From an uncultured Acidobacteriota bacterium (GTDB lineage: Bacteria; Acidobacteriota; Vicinamibacteria; Vicinamibacterales; SCN-69-37), in assembly GCA_963724645.1 (NCBI GenBank), contig CAVRVJ010000003.1, positions 1,141,074-1,205,073 on the forward strand: a DNA stretch of 64,000 nt, given 5' to 3'. Position 1 is the stretch's first letter, and each line of letters starts with the position of its first letter. The position numbers were made by a program, and so were the translations under genes. Of the stretch, positions 40,318 to 49,566 are shown in pieces. The notes beneath the pieces were generated by a model. That model was not told the origin of the DNA. It ran no database searches and saw only the letters and a list, made by a program, of their open reading frames with translations.

Positions 40318-42388
40318 CTATTTCTTGGCCGCCGCGGGAGCCGCGGCGGGCCTGCCGAAGAACACGTACGTCCCGAAGGTCGTCGCGGTCACGATGTCGA
40401 GCTTGCCGTCCTTGTTCAGATCGACCACATCGAACGAGGAGCCGACTCCCGACTTGTTGTGAATGAGCTCGGGCACGAACCGTGCGCCGCCAGGCGCCTT
40501 CGGGTCGCGCACCGTCCTGTAAATGTAGAGCACCGGCGCGCCCCACGGATCGTTGTGCGTGAGCGTGTTGTTGCCCGCCTCTGACCAGTAGCGCTTGCCG
40601 GTGATCATGTCAGGAATCCCATCGCCGTCCATGTCGGCAAATCGCTCGGCATGGGATTCCGAGAACACAATCTTGCCCATGCTCTCCTTCTCGTTGGAGA
40701 AATTGCCCGCGATCATGTGCCGTTCGAACGTGCCGCCCTTCTTCTGCTCGTACCAGTTCAAGCCCCAGTTGTGTGCGGAGCCCGAGACGACATCAGTCAG
40801 ACCGTCACCGTTGACGTCGTAGACACCCATCTCGCCGCCACCGCCGCCAAAGTTGCTGTTGTCGGCGAATTCCGCCTCATGAAACGCCCACGGACTGACC
40901 GCGATGCCGCCGGCCGGCTGCTCGTACCAGCCGGTCGGGACGACGAGGTCGAGACGGCCATCGCCGTTCACATCGCCGACGCCGAGTCCGTGACCGTTCA
41001 CGGCCTGACCCGGACTCGAAATGACGTGCGGCGCCCAGACCGCCGTCGGATTCGCCGGATCGGGCCTGGCCCACGCGTAGCCGCCTGCGGCGCCCTTGAC
41101 CGAAGATCACTTCCGGCTTGCCATCCTTGTCCAGATCCTTCTGCAGCACGATTTCCGATGAAATCGTGGGCAGCACGCTGAACTTGTCCCACCTGCGCGA
41201 CTCGCCGCGCGGGTTCACGTACAGGTCCATGTGCCGGTTGCCGAGCGACGACAGAATGTCTGCCCATCCGTCGCCGGTGAAATCGGCGGACAGATTCACC
41301 ATGTCCGGGGCGAACGAATTCTCCGGGTTGTAGATGACGCCCTCCCGATATCGTCTCGTATCGGTGAAGCTCGGCCCGAGGTAATAGAACGGACCAGAAA
41401 TCACGTCGAGCGTGCCGTCATGATTGATGTCGGCGGCGATGGCGCCCCAGCCGTAGTAGACGGTGGTCAGGCGCTGAATCGCGTAATGACTCGACAGCTG
41501 CTCCTTCGGCTGGATCACGCCCAACAGGTCCTTCCACGCGAGATCTTTGTAGCGGACTTCGCCGGTACCGCCGACGTAGAGCGCAATCGCCCCGTAAGCG
41601 GTCGCGTTCTTTTCGTCGATCCCGGAGGTGGCGCCGTACGTGGAAAGCACTTCGATCGGACCGCTGGTGCTGCCGGCCGGCGGTCCCTCCTGCCCGATCG
41701 TGATGTACGCCTCGTTCCACTCGCCCGCTTTCAACGTCGGCCGGCCGCGTCCCGAGCTGCCCACCTGCGTTCCGCGGGGCGCGGGTGCAGGGGCGGGTGC
41801 CGCAGGTGCCGCCCCAGGGGCACCTCTCGCCGGCGCGGCGCCTTCGGCCGGCTGACCGCGCTGGCCGCGAGCGCCTTCGGCCGCCGGGGCGCCCGCTGCG
41901 GCCGCGCCGCCGCGCGCGGCAGGCGCACCGCCGCCGCCTCCACCGCGACTCGGCGCCGTCAGTTGCGCGCGCGAGGTTTCCTTGCCGGTCGAATCAAAAG
42001 TCAGCGAGTACGAGCCGGTGTCGCCTTCGGTCAACGACACAAACACGCCGGCCATCCCGCCATCAGCCGTTTTGTGCGCCCGCAACAGGACGCCGGACTT
42101 GCACTCCCCGGTGCAGCGGTAATTCATATAGAGCTGCACGTCCTGGTAACTCTTGTCCATGACGAGCCAGCCGCCGTCGGAGCCGGGCTTGGCCTTGCCG
42201 ACGAGCTCGCCGTTCTGCGCGCTCCAGTCGGCATTCCCCAGGACGTGCCAGCCGGCGAGCGTCGATCCTTTGAACGACGCGTCGGGCTTGAAGTTGGCGG
42301 GATCGGCCGCGTGGATCACGAGCGCCAGACTGGCGACACCCATCGCGGCGATGACAATCGAACTCAGAGTTTTGCGACTGGTTGCCAT
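40318..42388 (-). pseudogene. secreted DUF1080/LamG-like + FG-GAP propeller protein, paralog B, one frameshift near 41090-41100
   Basis: Signal MATSRKTLSSIVIAAMGVASLALVIHA. The architecture matches paralog A. The frame changes between DKDGKPEVIFG and AAGGYAWARPDPANPTAVWAPHVISSPGQAVNGHGLGVGDVNGDGRLDLVV. Confidence 0.75.
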
Positions 42389-42405
42389 GGCTGCCTCGCT
42401 GCGCC

Positions 42406-44433
42406 CTACTTCTTCCCTGCCGCGGCCGGACGTGCGGCAGGCTTGCTGAGAAACACGTACGTCCCGTACGCGCCCGACGTGGAGATGTCCGGTACGCCAT
42501 CCTTGTTCAGATCCATGACTTCGAAGCTGGAGCCAACGCCCGAACGGTTGTGCACGAGCTCCGGCTCAAAGCGCGCGCCGCCCGGCGCCTTGGGATCGCG
42601 CACGGTCTTGTAGATGTAGACCACCGCCGCGCCGTACGGATCCTCGCCGTTGTAGTTCTCGAGATGCGACCAGTAGCGCTTGCCCGTGACCATGTCGGGG
42701 ATGCCATCGCCAGTCATGTCGACGAAGCGCTGCGCGTGCGACTCCGAAAACACGACGTTGCCGGCGTTAGGAGTGGAGAAATCGTAAGCGATCGGGTGCT
42801 GGACGAATGTGCGGGTGCCATCGGCAGTCTTCTTCTGCTCGAACCAGTTGAGACCCCACGCATGCGCCTGACCGCCGACGACGTCAGCCAGACCGTCGCC
42901 GTTCACGTCGTAGACGCCGTACTCGCCGCCCCCATTGCCGAAAATCACGTTGTTGCCGAATTCCACGGCATGAAAGATCCACGGCGTCACGGCGATGCCT
43001 CCGGCCGGTTGCTCGAACCAGCCGAACGGCACTGCGACGTCCAGACGCCCGTCGCCGTTGACATCGCCCACGCCGATCCCGTGAGGCGGCACGGCCGGCT
43101 GCCCTTGCACGGAAATCGGATGCGACGTCCAGACGGCCGTCGGATTGGACGGATCCGGTTTGGCCCACGCATAAACGCCGCCGCCGCCGAAGATGATCTC
43201 CGGCGAGCCGTCCTTGTCGAGATCCTTCATCAGCACGATCTCGGTCGAGATGGTCGGCAGCACGCGGAATTTGGTCCATCGGCGCGACTCGCCTCTGGGG
43301 TTCACATAAAGATCCATCGGCCGGCCACCCGTCATCTCGGAGGACAGAATGTCGGGCCAGCCGTCGCCGGTGAAGTCGGCCGTCAGATTCACCATGTCCG
43401 GCGCGTACTCAGTGGCCGGGTTGTACACCCGCCCGTCGCGATAGATCTTCCGTTCGGTATAGCCCGGTCCAAGGAAATAGAAGGGCCCGGCGACGATATC
43501 GAGCGCGCCGTCATGATTGATATCCGAGGCGGCAGCCGACCAACCGTAGTACAGGCTGCTGATCCGCTGCGACGTGTAGCGGGTCCCCGTCTGCTCCTTC
43601 GGCTCGACAATCGAGTTCAAATCCTTCCAGGAAACGTCCTTGAATCGAACTTCGCCGGTCCCGCCGACATAGAACGCGATGGGTCCGTAACCCGACACAT
43701 TCTGTTCGTCGATCGGGGCGCTGCCGCCCGGGATCGCTCTGAAGGCTCCCGCCGAAACGATCACTTCGACCGGATTCCACTCGCCGGCCTTGAGCGCTGG
43801 TCCCGCTGCACGGCCGCCCCCGCCGCCACCGGCTGCTGCACCACCAGCGCGCGCGGCTCCGGCCCCTTGGGGCGCCGCAGCGCCGGCAGGCGCCGCGCCG
43901 GCAGGGACCGAGCTAGCAGGCGCCGCAGCGCCAGCAGGGGCCGCGCCAGCCGCCCGGCCCGCTGCGTTGCCGCCCCCCCCGCCACCGCCGCCGCCACGTG
44001 CTGGCGCCGCGATGCGATCGCGTGAAAGTTCCTTGCCCTGCGGGTCGAGCGTCACCGAATACGGCGCCAGATCCCCGTCGTTCAAGGACAGGTAGACGCC
44101 GCGCATGCCGGAGTCCGTCTTCTGCGCACGCAGCAGAATGCCCGACATGCACGTGCCCGTGCATCGGTAATTCACGAAGAAATCGACGTCCTGAAAACCC
44201 TTGTCCATCATCAGCCAGCCGCCGCTGCCGGCTTTCGCGGTGCCGATGAGCTCCCCGTTCTGGGCCTTCCATTCGGCGTCGCCGACGGTGTGCCAGCCCG
44301 CCAGCGTCGAGCCCTTGAAGACGGCATCGGCTTTGAAATTCGGCGGATCGGCGGCGCGAAGCACGAACACCATCGCGACAACGGCGACCGCTGCAGTCGC
44401 CAGGGAACGAACGAAGATGCGCTGATTCTTCAT
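42406..44433 (-). CDS. secreted DUF1080/LamG-like + FG-GAP propeller protein, paralog C (intact)
   Basis: ATG at 44433 follows GAGGA. The signal is MKNQRIFVRSLATAAVAVVAMVFVLRA. It is an uninterrupted 675 aa with the same domain order and seven D-x-N/D-x-D-G repeats. It serves as the template for the two frameshifted paralogs. Confidence 0.8.
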   Translation of the reverse strand: MKNQRIFVRSLATAAVAVVAMVFVLRAADPPNFKADAVFKGSTLAGWHTVGDAEWKAQNGELIGTAKAGSGGWLMMDKGFQDVDFFVNYRCTGTCMSGILLRAQKTDSGMRGVYLSLNDGDLAPYSVTLDPQGKELSRDRIAAPARGGGGGGGGGNAAGRAAGAAPAGAAAPASSVPAGAAPAGAAAPQGAGAARAGGAAAGGGGGGRAAGPALKAGEWNPVEVIVSAGAFRAIPGGSAPIDEQNVSGYGPIAFYVGGTGEVRFKDVSWKDLNSIVEPKEQTGTRYTSQRISSLYYGWSAAASDINHDGALDIVAGPFYFLGPGYTERKIYRDGRVYNPATEYAPDMVNLTADFTGDGWPDILSSEMTGGRPMDLYVNPRGESRRWTKFRVLPTISTEIVLMKDLDKDGSPEIIFGGGGVYAWAKPDPSNPTAVWTSHPISVQGQPAVPPHGIGVGDVNGDGRLDVAVPFGWFEQPAGGIAVTPWIFHAVEFGNNVIFGNGGGEYGVYDVNGDGLADVVGGQAHAWGLNWFEQKKTADGTRTFVQHPIAYDFSTPNAGNVVFSESHAQRFVDMTGDGIPDMVTGKRYWSHLENYNGEDPYGAAVVYIYKTVRDPKAPGGARFEPELVHNRSGVGSSFEVMDLNKDGVPDISTSGAYGTYVFLSKPAARPAAAGKK

Positions 44434-44661
44434 GACTGTCCTCGTTGACTCATTCGACCCAAATCCCGCCGGCGACACGATATCCCAACATCCGTCAACC
44501 GCCAATAAGTCAATGCGGCGTCGCGGCCAGCAACTAACATCATGGCGAGGGGAGCTAAGTCATTGGAAAACGGGGCGCAAGAGCGCTTGTCACCTGCCGG
44601 CCTTCATGCCGGCAGGCTGGGCCTGCTGCGTGCCAGGCCTTACGATGTCGCGGTGGGCCGG

Positions 44662-45690
44662 ATGGGGAAACCCGTGAGGCTGCTACTCGCCGCGATGGTC
44701 CCGCTCCTGATCCTCGCGACGCCATCCGCGCAGACGACTGCGCGGGTCGAGCGGGTCGAGCGTCGAGGGTTTCTCGGCTGCGGGATCGAGGCCGCGGTTC
44801 CAGGATTTGCAGACGTCGACGCCGCGGGCCGCTACCGCGGCCTGGATGTCGACATCTGCCGGGCGATCGCCGCCGCGTTCTTTGGTACGCCGGAAAGAAT
44901 CAGGTTCCAGCACGCGGGCACGATCACCGAGGCCCTTCGCAACGACGACATCGACGTCGTCGCGCGCCGGTTGACCTGGGAACTGCGCCGGGAACAGCCC
45001 TATGGCGTCCTGTTCGGGCCCGTGACGTTCTACGACGGGCAGACGTTTCTGGTCTCCAGAACGCTGGGCGTGGCAACGGCCCTTCAATTGTCCGGGAAGC
45101 CAATATGCGTGGCCGGCGGCGAGATCTTCGAATCGCAGCTCAACGCCTATTTCGAAAGTCATGGGCTCGCGCTCGAGAAGATCGTCCTCGAGTCGTCTCA
45201 TCAGTACGAGGCCATCGCCGAGGCCATGAACTCTGGTAAGTGCCGCGTCTATACTGGCGATGCGTCGGACCTTGGCGCCATCCGCAGCAAGGTGAGATCG
45301 CCGTCACAGTTTCAAATCCTGCAGGATCAGATTTCGAAGGAGCCGCTCGCCCCACTTGTGCGGAGCAACGATCCGAAGTTGTTCGAGATTGTGCGATGGA
45401 CGATCTTCGCGTTGATCAGTGCCGAGGAACTGGGTGTGACGTCGCGAAACGTCGATCAAATGCGGACCAGCCAGAACCTGGACGTCCGGCGCCTCCTCGG
45501 GGTGATGCCAGGCAATGGCAAGGCGCTCGGTCTCAGGGAAGATTGGGCGTACGACGCGATCAAGGCTGTGGGGAATTACGGTGAGATTTTCGAGCGGAAT
45601 CTTGGCTCCTCGAGTCCGATCAAGTTCGATCGCGGATTGAACCGGTTGGCGAAGGATGGCGGCCTTATGTACGCGCCGCCGCTCCGGTAG
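44662..45690 (+). CDS. periplasmic amino-acid ABC transporter substrate-binding protein (AapJ/BztA-like family 3), orphan
   Basis: Signal MGKPVRLLLAAMVPLLILATPSA, then RGFLGCGIEAAVPGFA..D.AG.YRGLDVDICRAIAAAFFG, TFYDGQTFLV, DPKLFEIVRWTIFALISAEELGVTS and WAYDAIKAVGNYGEIFERNLG. No permease or ATPase genes are adjacent. Confidence 0.75.
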   Translation: MGKPVRLLLAAMVPLLILATPSAQTTARVERVERRGFLGCGIEAAVPGFADVDAAGRYRGLDVDICRAIAAAFFGTPERIRFQHAGTITEALRNDDIDVVARRLTWELRREQPYGVLFGPVTFYDGQTFLVSRTLGVATALQLSGKPICVAGGEIFESQLNAYFESHGLALEKIVLESSHQYEAIAEAMNSGKCRVYTGDASDLGAIRSKVRSPSQFQILQDQISKEPLAPLVRSNDPKLFEIVRWTIFALISAEELGVTSRNVDQMRTSQNLDVRRLLGVMPGNGKALGLREDWAYDAIKAVGNYGEIFERNLGSSSPIKFDRGLNRLAKDGGLMYAPPLR

Positions 45691-45726
45691 CGCTCGTCGG
45701 CCTGGACAGGCGCGCGCGTCCGGCAG

Positions 45727-46158
45727 TTATTTGACGGCCGCGCCTACCGGATCGAGCACGAACGTGTCGAGTTGCACCGCGCCCATCTTGTTTGGGACCT
45801 TGGGCGCGTTCACGAGCTTGTAACCGGGTTTGGTGATGCTCACCTCAATCTGCGCCGGATCCACGGTCTTGCCGGCACCCTGGATCGCCTTGCCGATGTC
45901 GGGGCTGCGGAAGTGTCCGGGGGCATCATTGCGGAACGGGAACGTCAAGCTCGCGTTCTTGGCGGTGATCGTGACCATCACCTTATCGACGACGTTGCCT
46001 TTGCTGTCCTTGATGTTGCCAAAGTAGTACAGGACGACTTTACCGTCGTTTTCAGCCTCGAAGAACTCGGCGCCGTTGGCCTGAACCCTGAGGCTGCGGG
46101 CCGATACGGCGAGCGCGAGCACACCGAGAAACATCGCGAATCGCGCCGCTCGTTTCAT
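45727..46158 (-). CDS. small secreted protein, possibly carboxypeptidase-regulatory-like beta-sandwich
   Basis: Intact 143 aa. Signal MKRAARFAMFLGVLALAVSA. The G.I.D..GN.V....V.I..........ND.PG.F....I......ITKPGYKL pattern is suggestive only. Confidence 0.5.
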   Translation of the reverse strand: MKRAARFAMFLGVLALAVSARSLRVQANGAEFFEAENDGKVVLYYFGNIKDSKGNVVDKVMVTITAKNASLTFPFRNDAPGHFRSPDIGKAIQGAGKTVDPAQIEVSITKPGYKLVNAPKVPNKMGAVQLDTFVLDPVGAAVK

Positions 46159-46253
46159 AGAACCCTGCAGTTACGTTTATAGCAACCGGGGCCCGATCAG
46201 TCAACGAATGCAAAGGGGGAGCGGGGGTCGGCCCCGCGAGGCTATTCCGGCCG

Positions 46254-46583
46254 CTAGTAAAACCAGCGCCGCTCGTACACCAGAATGCCGATCAGCAACG
46301 CGACGGGGAGGTACCAGACCCAGCGCTCCGATAGCCGGTCGGCCCACCTGGCTGGAATGGCGAACGCGAGCATCAGGCTGATGACCGCCGCGCCGAAGAG
46401 CCAGCTGTACCAGAGAATCGCGGGACCCGCGGCCTGAAGCGGCAGATTCTCGCGGCGGAATCCGCCCAGGACCGGGTAGTACCGAAACATGGCCACTTTG
46501 TAGAACTCGCTGTACAGAAAGAACCCGACGTACGTGAATCCGTAGGCAATCGAGAACACGTTGAACCGCGCGTATTGGTTCAC
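46254..46583 (-). CDS. small membrane protein (about 110 aa), last gene of the amine-oxidase operon
   Basis: A GTG at 46581-46583 overlaps the upstream stop (GTGA). Hydrophobic segments include FNVFSIAYGFTYVGFFLY, ILWYSWLFGAAVISLMLAFAI and WVWYLPVALLIGILVY. The ORF-track start at 46718 lies inside the upstream gene and was not used. Confidence 0.55.
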   Translation of the reverse strand: MNQYARFNVFSIAYGFTYVGFFLYSEFYKVAMFRYYPVLGGFRRENLPLQAAGPAILWYSWLFGAAVISLMLAFAIPARWADRLSERWVWYLPVALLIGILVYERRWFY

Positions 46584-47047
46584 GGGAAGAGCCCCTTGAT
46601 GTTGTTGAGGACCTCGCCCACCAGGAAGTTCCACCAGACGATGAATGCGAGAATCCAGGTGAGGTACTTCCGCGTGGCCACATATTGCTGCGCCAACGGC
46701 GTCCGCCAGAATCGCCAATAGACCGGCAGAAGGCCGAGGCCGACGGCGGCGAAATGTTCCTTGATCTCGAAAATGCCGTTGGCGGCCCGCAGCTGCAGGT
46801 CCTCCAGTGCCGGCCGGACGTCAACTCGATAGCGCGGGTATAGAAACGCCCCGAGGACCGCACTGATCGCAAAGAGCAGCGTGATGGTGTTGGTGAACGC
46901 CATCGAGTTCACGCCACGAAACCTGTCCACCAGATTTCGCGACGTCGCGGCAGGCCGGCGTCTGGCGACGCTGAACGCCTGATGAGTGATGGCGCCGAGC
47001 AGCGCCACCGAGATGAGCACGTGAAGAATCAGGAGGACTTGAATCAT
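46580..47047 (-). CDS. small membrane protein (155 aa)
   Basis: ATG at 47047 overlaps the amine-oxidase stop (ATGA). About four hydrophobic helices are present: MIQVLLILHVLISVALLGAITH, ITLLFAISAVLGAFLY, HFAAVGLGLLPVYW and YLTWILAFIVWWNFLVG. Confidence 0.6.
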   Translation of the reverse strand: MIQVLLILHVLISVALLGAITHQAFSVARRRPAATSRNLVDRFRGVNSMAFTNTITLLFAISAVLGAFLYPRYRVDVRPALEDLQLRAANGIFEIKEHFAAVGLGLLPVYWRFWRTPLAQQYVATRKYLTWILAFIVWWNFLVGEVLNNIKGLFP

Positions 47048-48537
47048 CGCTGCGCAGACACCGTCCCAGCCTCTGCGGCCAGCACCTCGCGCGCCGCGCG
47101 CTCGCCGGATTCCAGAGCTCCTTCCATCCATCCCATCCACGGCGACGTGTGCTCGCCGGCGAAGTGGAAGCGGTCCTCACTCCGGGCAATGGCAGGCATC
47201 AACGACGTCATCTGGCCGCGATGAAAGACGGCAAAAGCACCGCGGGACCACGGTTCCTGCGCCCATCGTATCGCCGTTCCCTTTTCGAAATGCGCCCGCA
47301 TGTTGGGGAACGTTCTGCCGACCAGGTCCACGCCGAATTGTATGGCGTCCAGTTGACTCATAGCGCCGACCCGATCGCCAATGGCGCCGCCCGCTGTCGC
47401 ACCAAGCACGCCGCGATTGGCGGGCAAGTCATAGGTGCAGTCCCAGATCTCCGCGGGCTGATCCGTGCGCGCCGAGCCGTTCAGGCCCGATTGCTCCCAG
47501 AATCGGGACTTCGATTGCAGCAGAAACCTGACGGCAGGGAAATAGGGCAGTGTCGCAATCGCCGCCGCCTTTCCGCGGGACAACGACGGCCGGACGTCGA
47601 TTCGACGAAGCGTAGAGAACGGAATCGCGAGAATCACGCGGGCGGCAGCGAGCGTCTTCGCTGTCCCCTGCTCCTGATAGCTCACGCGAACCCCGTGCGA
47701 GGTGAGATCCAGGCGCGTAACGACCGCGTTGTAGCGCACAGAAGAACCAAGAGACCGCGCCATCGCGCTCGGAAGCAGCTCCATCCCGCCTTGAATCTTG
47801 TAGAACTGATCGGACGTCCGTAGAAGCGCAAACTGCCGCAGCAGATAAAGCGCGGAGAGCTGGCTCGAGTCTCCGCCAAGCGTCATCAGTGTGATCGCGC
47901 CAGGCGACGCCCCACGGGCGCGAAGCCATTCCGGCCAGGTCAGGCGATCGTAGGGCTGCCAACGCACGTACGAGTCGACAGCCGGCGTCGTCTCGGCCAG
48001 GTCGTCGGGAATATCCGCCGTGTATCGGCCGAGCAGCGCGCCCTGACTCAGGCCGGCCTCGTCGGTCCTGACTCCCAACCGGGCGCCCAGCGCGCCGAGT
48101 TCGTCCGGCGAGCGCACGGTCAGGCCGTGAGCGCTCACGAGTGGTGAGCCGTCGGCGGAAGCGAAGGGCATCAGCACCAGGCCGTGCTCCCGGGCGAGCT
48201 GCAGCACGCGTTGATGCGCACCCGAAATGCGGATTGCCCCGGCCTCCGCGTGCAACCCGTCGTTGAAGACGCTTCGAATGGTTCGCACCCTGCCACCAGG
48301 CGAGCTGCGCGCTTCGAGCACCATTACACGCTGACCGGCCTTCTTCAGTGTGTCCGCGGCATGGAGTCCCGCAAGACCCGCACCGATCACGACGACTGGA
48401 TCGGGCGGCGGTTGCCGCGCGCCCGCAAGTGAGGCGAGAACCGGCGCGGCGAGTGTCGAGAGAAGAAAATGACGGCGGGTGGACGGGGGCGGGTGTCGAA
48501 TTGTGGAAAACTCGTTCAGGTCAGCCGAGTTTTCCAC
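47044..48537 (-). CDS. Tat-exported flavin-containing amine oxidase family protein
   Basis: Intact 497 aa. The Tat motif is STRRHFLLSTLAAPVLASLAGA. The FAD dinucleotide fold is VVVIGAGLAGLHAADTLKKAGQRVMVLEARSSPGGRV. The C-terminal FAD segment is FHFAGEHTSPWMGWMEGALESGERAAREV. The GTG start (48535-48537) lies inside the palindromic element. Confidence 0.8.
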   Translation of the reverse strand: MENSADLNEFSTIRHPPPSTRRHFLLSTLAAPVLASLAGARQPPPDPVVVIGAGLAGLHAADTLKKAGQRVMVLEARSSPGGRVRTIRSVFNDGLHAEAGAIRISGAHQRVLQLAREHGLVLMPFASADGSPLVSAHGLTVRSPDELGALGARLGVRTDEAGLSQGALLGRYTADIPDDLAETTPAVDSYVRWQPYDRLTWPEWLRARGASPGAITLMTLGGDSSQLSALYLLRQFALLRTSDQFYKIQGGMELLPSAMARSLGSSVRYNAVVTRLDLTSHGVRVSYQEQGTAKTLAAARVILAIPFSTLRRIDVRPSLSRGKAAAIATLPYFPAVRFLLQSKSRFWEQSGLNGSARTDQPAEIWDCTYDLPANRGVLGATAGGAIGDRVGAMSQLDAIQFGVDLVGRTFPNMRAHFEKGTAIRWAQEPWSRGAFAVFHRGQMTSLMPAIARSEDRFHFAGEHTSPWMGWMEGALESGERAAREVLAAEAGTVSAQR

Positions 48538-48555
48538 AATTCGACACCCGTCCCC
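48485..48555. repeat. 71-bp palindromic element (30-nt arms, 11-nt loop) related to the 3748-3926 element
   Basis: The left arm is gggggcgggtgtcgaattgtggaaaactcg (48485-48514). The right arm is cgagttttccacaattcgacacccgtcccc (48526-48555), with one mismatch. It shares the terminal GGGGACGGG/CCCGTCCCC and the GTTTTCCACA/TGTGGAAAAC core with the element at 3748-3926. Confidence 0.85.
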
Positions 48556-49143
48556 TTATTGTTGAAAACTCAGAATGGTCGTCGGCGGAGCCGTCGGCAC
48601 GGTTGGACGAAGAAATGGCAACCCCGCCGCGGCGTGGCAGCTGTGACAGGCCGTCAATGCCTGCTTGTACGCCGACACGAAGGCGGCGCTGTCCTGGTCC
48701 TCGATTGCGATCTGGACCGTCGCAAAGGCGGTCGGATTAATCGAGTCGAAGATCCCTTTGATATTGACCGTCCCGCCGCCGGGCAATTGGCGAACCGGCC
48801 GAATCAGCACCGTCCATCGCACGGCCTGGCGGGACTCATTGAAAAAATATGTCGCCAGCGGCCAGTTCTTCTTCTCGGCGGCGAACCACAAGTTGGCCCA
48901 GTGGTAGCCGACGTCATGCATCGTGTGGGACTGGACTGGAACGATCTTCTTCAGTTGATCGACGTCGGCCGCAAGTCCGGCGGCTGGCGCCGCGGTCTGT
49001 GCCGCGGGCGTCGCGACTGCATGCTTGACGAACCAGTACTCGACGGCCATCCCACCGACGATGGCGCCGATGATCAGCGCGGACAGGACGGCCAGAGCAC
49101 TGACGGCTGGCTTCCCGGCCCGCGGAAGATCGGCCTCAGTCAT
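48556..49143 (-). CDS. membrane-anchored protein with C-terminal CxxCH (class II / cytochrome c'-like candidate)
   Basis: Intact 195 aa. The anchor is AVSALAVLSALIIGAIVGGMAV. The body is predicted to be helical. A single heme motif, LTACHSCHAAAG, lies about 30 aa from the C-terminus. The ATG overlaps the upstream stop (ATGA at 49140-49143). Confidence 0.55.
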   Translation of the reverse strand: MTEADLPRAGKPAVSALAVLSALIIGAIVGGMAVEYWFVKHAVATPAAQTAAPAAGLAADVDQLKKIVPVQSHTMHDVGYHWANLWFAAEKKNWPLATYFFNESRQAVRWTVLIRPVRQLPGGGTVNIKGIFDSINPTAFATVQIAIEDQDSAAFVSAYKQALTACHSCHAAAGLPFLRPTVPTAPPTTILSFQQ

Positions 49144-49556
49144 TTCCTGGCAAGAGACCTGATGTAGTTAATCGCGTTCCAGATGTCGGGGTCGGGGATA
49201 CGGCCGTCCCACGGCGCCATCATGGTCGGCGGAATGCCTTTCTTGATGACCGTGAAAATCTCGCCATCGGTCGAACCGTAGTCCCACTTGTCGTCGGTCA
49301 GATCGGGCGGTTGTTTTCCGCCCTGGTCCTCGATGACCGAGATGAGCACCCCGGCCTTCTCCGCGCCTTGAGCCAGATTGCCGTGGCAGCCGGCGCAATT
49401 CGCGTCGTATGTCTTCTTGCCGGCCGCGATCGATTCAGGCGTCGATGCGACAGGGTTCTTGACCTTGGCCGCTTCCGGATCACCCTGGCGGGCAACCAAA
49501 CTGACGCCGAGCACACCAACGGCAAGCGCGAATACGAACGCCGGCGATAAGAACAT
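49140..49556 (-). CDS. class I mono-heme cytochrome c
   Basis: The chosen start is MFLSPAFVFALAVGVLGVSLVA at 49556. Features are GKKTYDANCAGCHG, a distal Met region (IPPTMMAPW) and IWNAINYIRSLA. The ORF-track extension to 49931 is Arg-rich and overlaps the upstream gene. Confidence 0.8.
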   Translation of the reverse strand: MFLSPAFVFALAVGVLGVSLVARQGDPEAAKVKNPVASTPESIAAGKKTYDANCAGCHGNLAQGAEKAGVLISVIEDQGGKQPPDLTDDKWDYGSTDGEIFTVIKKGIPPTMMAPWDGRIPDPDIWNAINYIRSLARK

Positions 49557-49566
49557 GTGAATTCCG

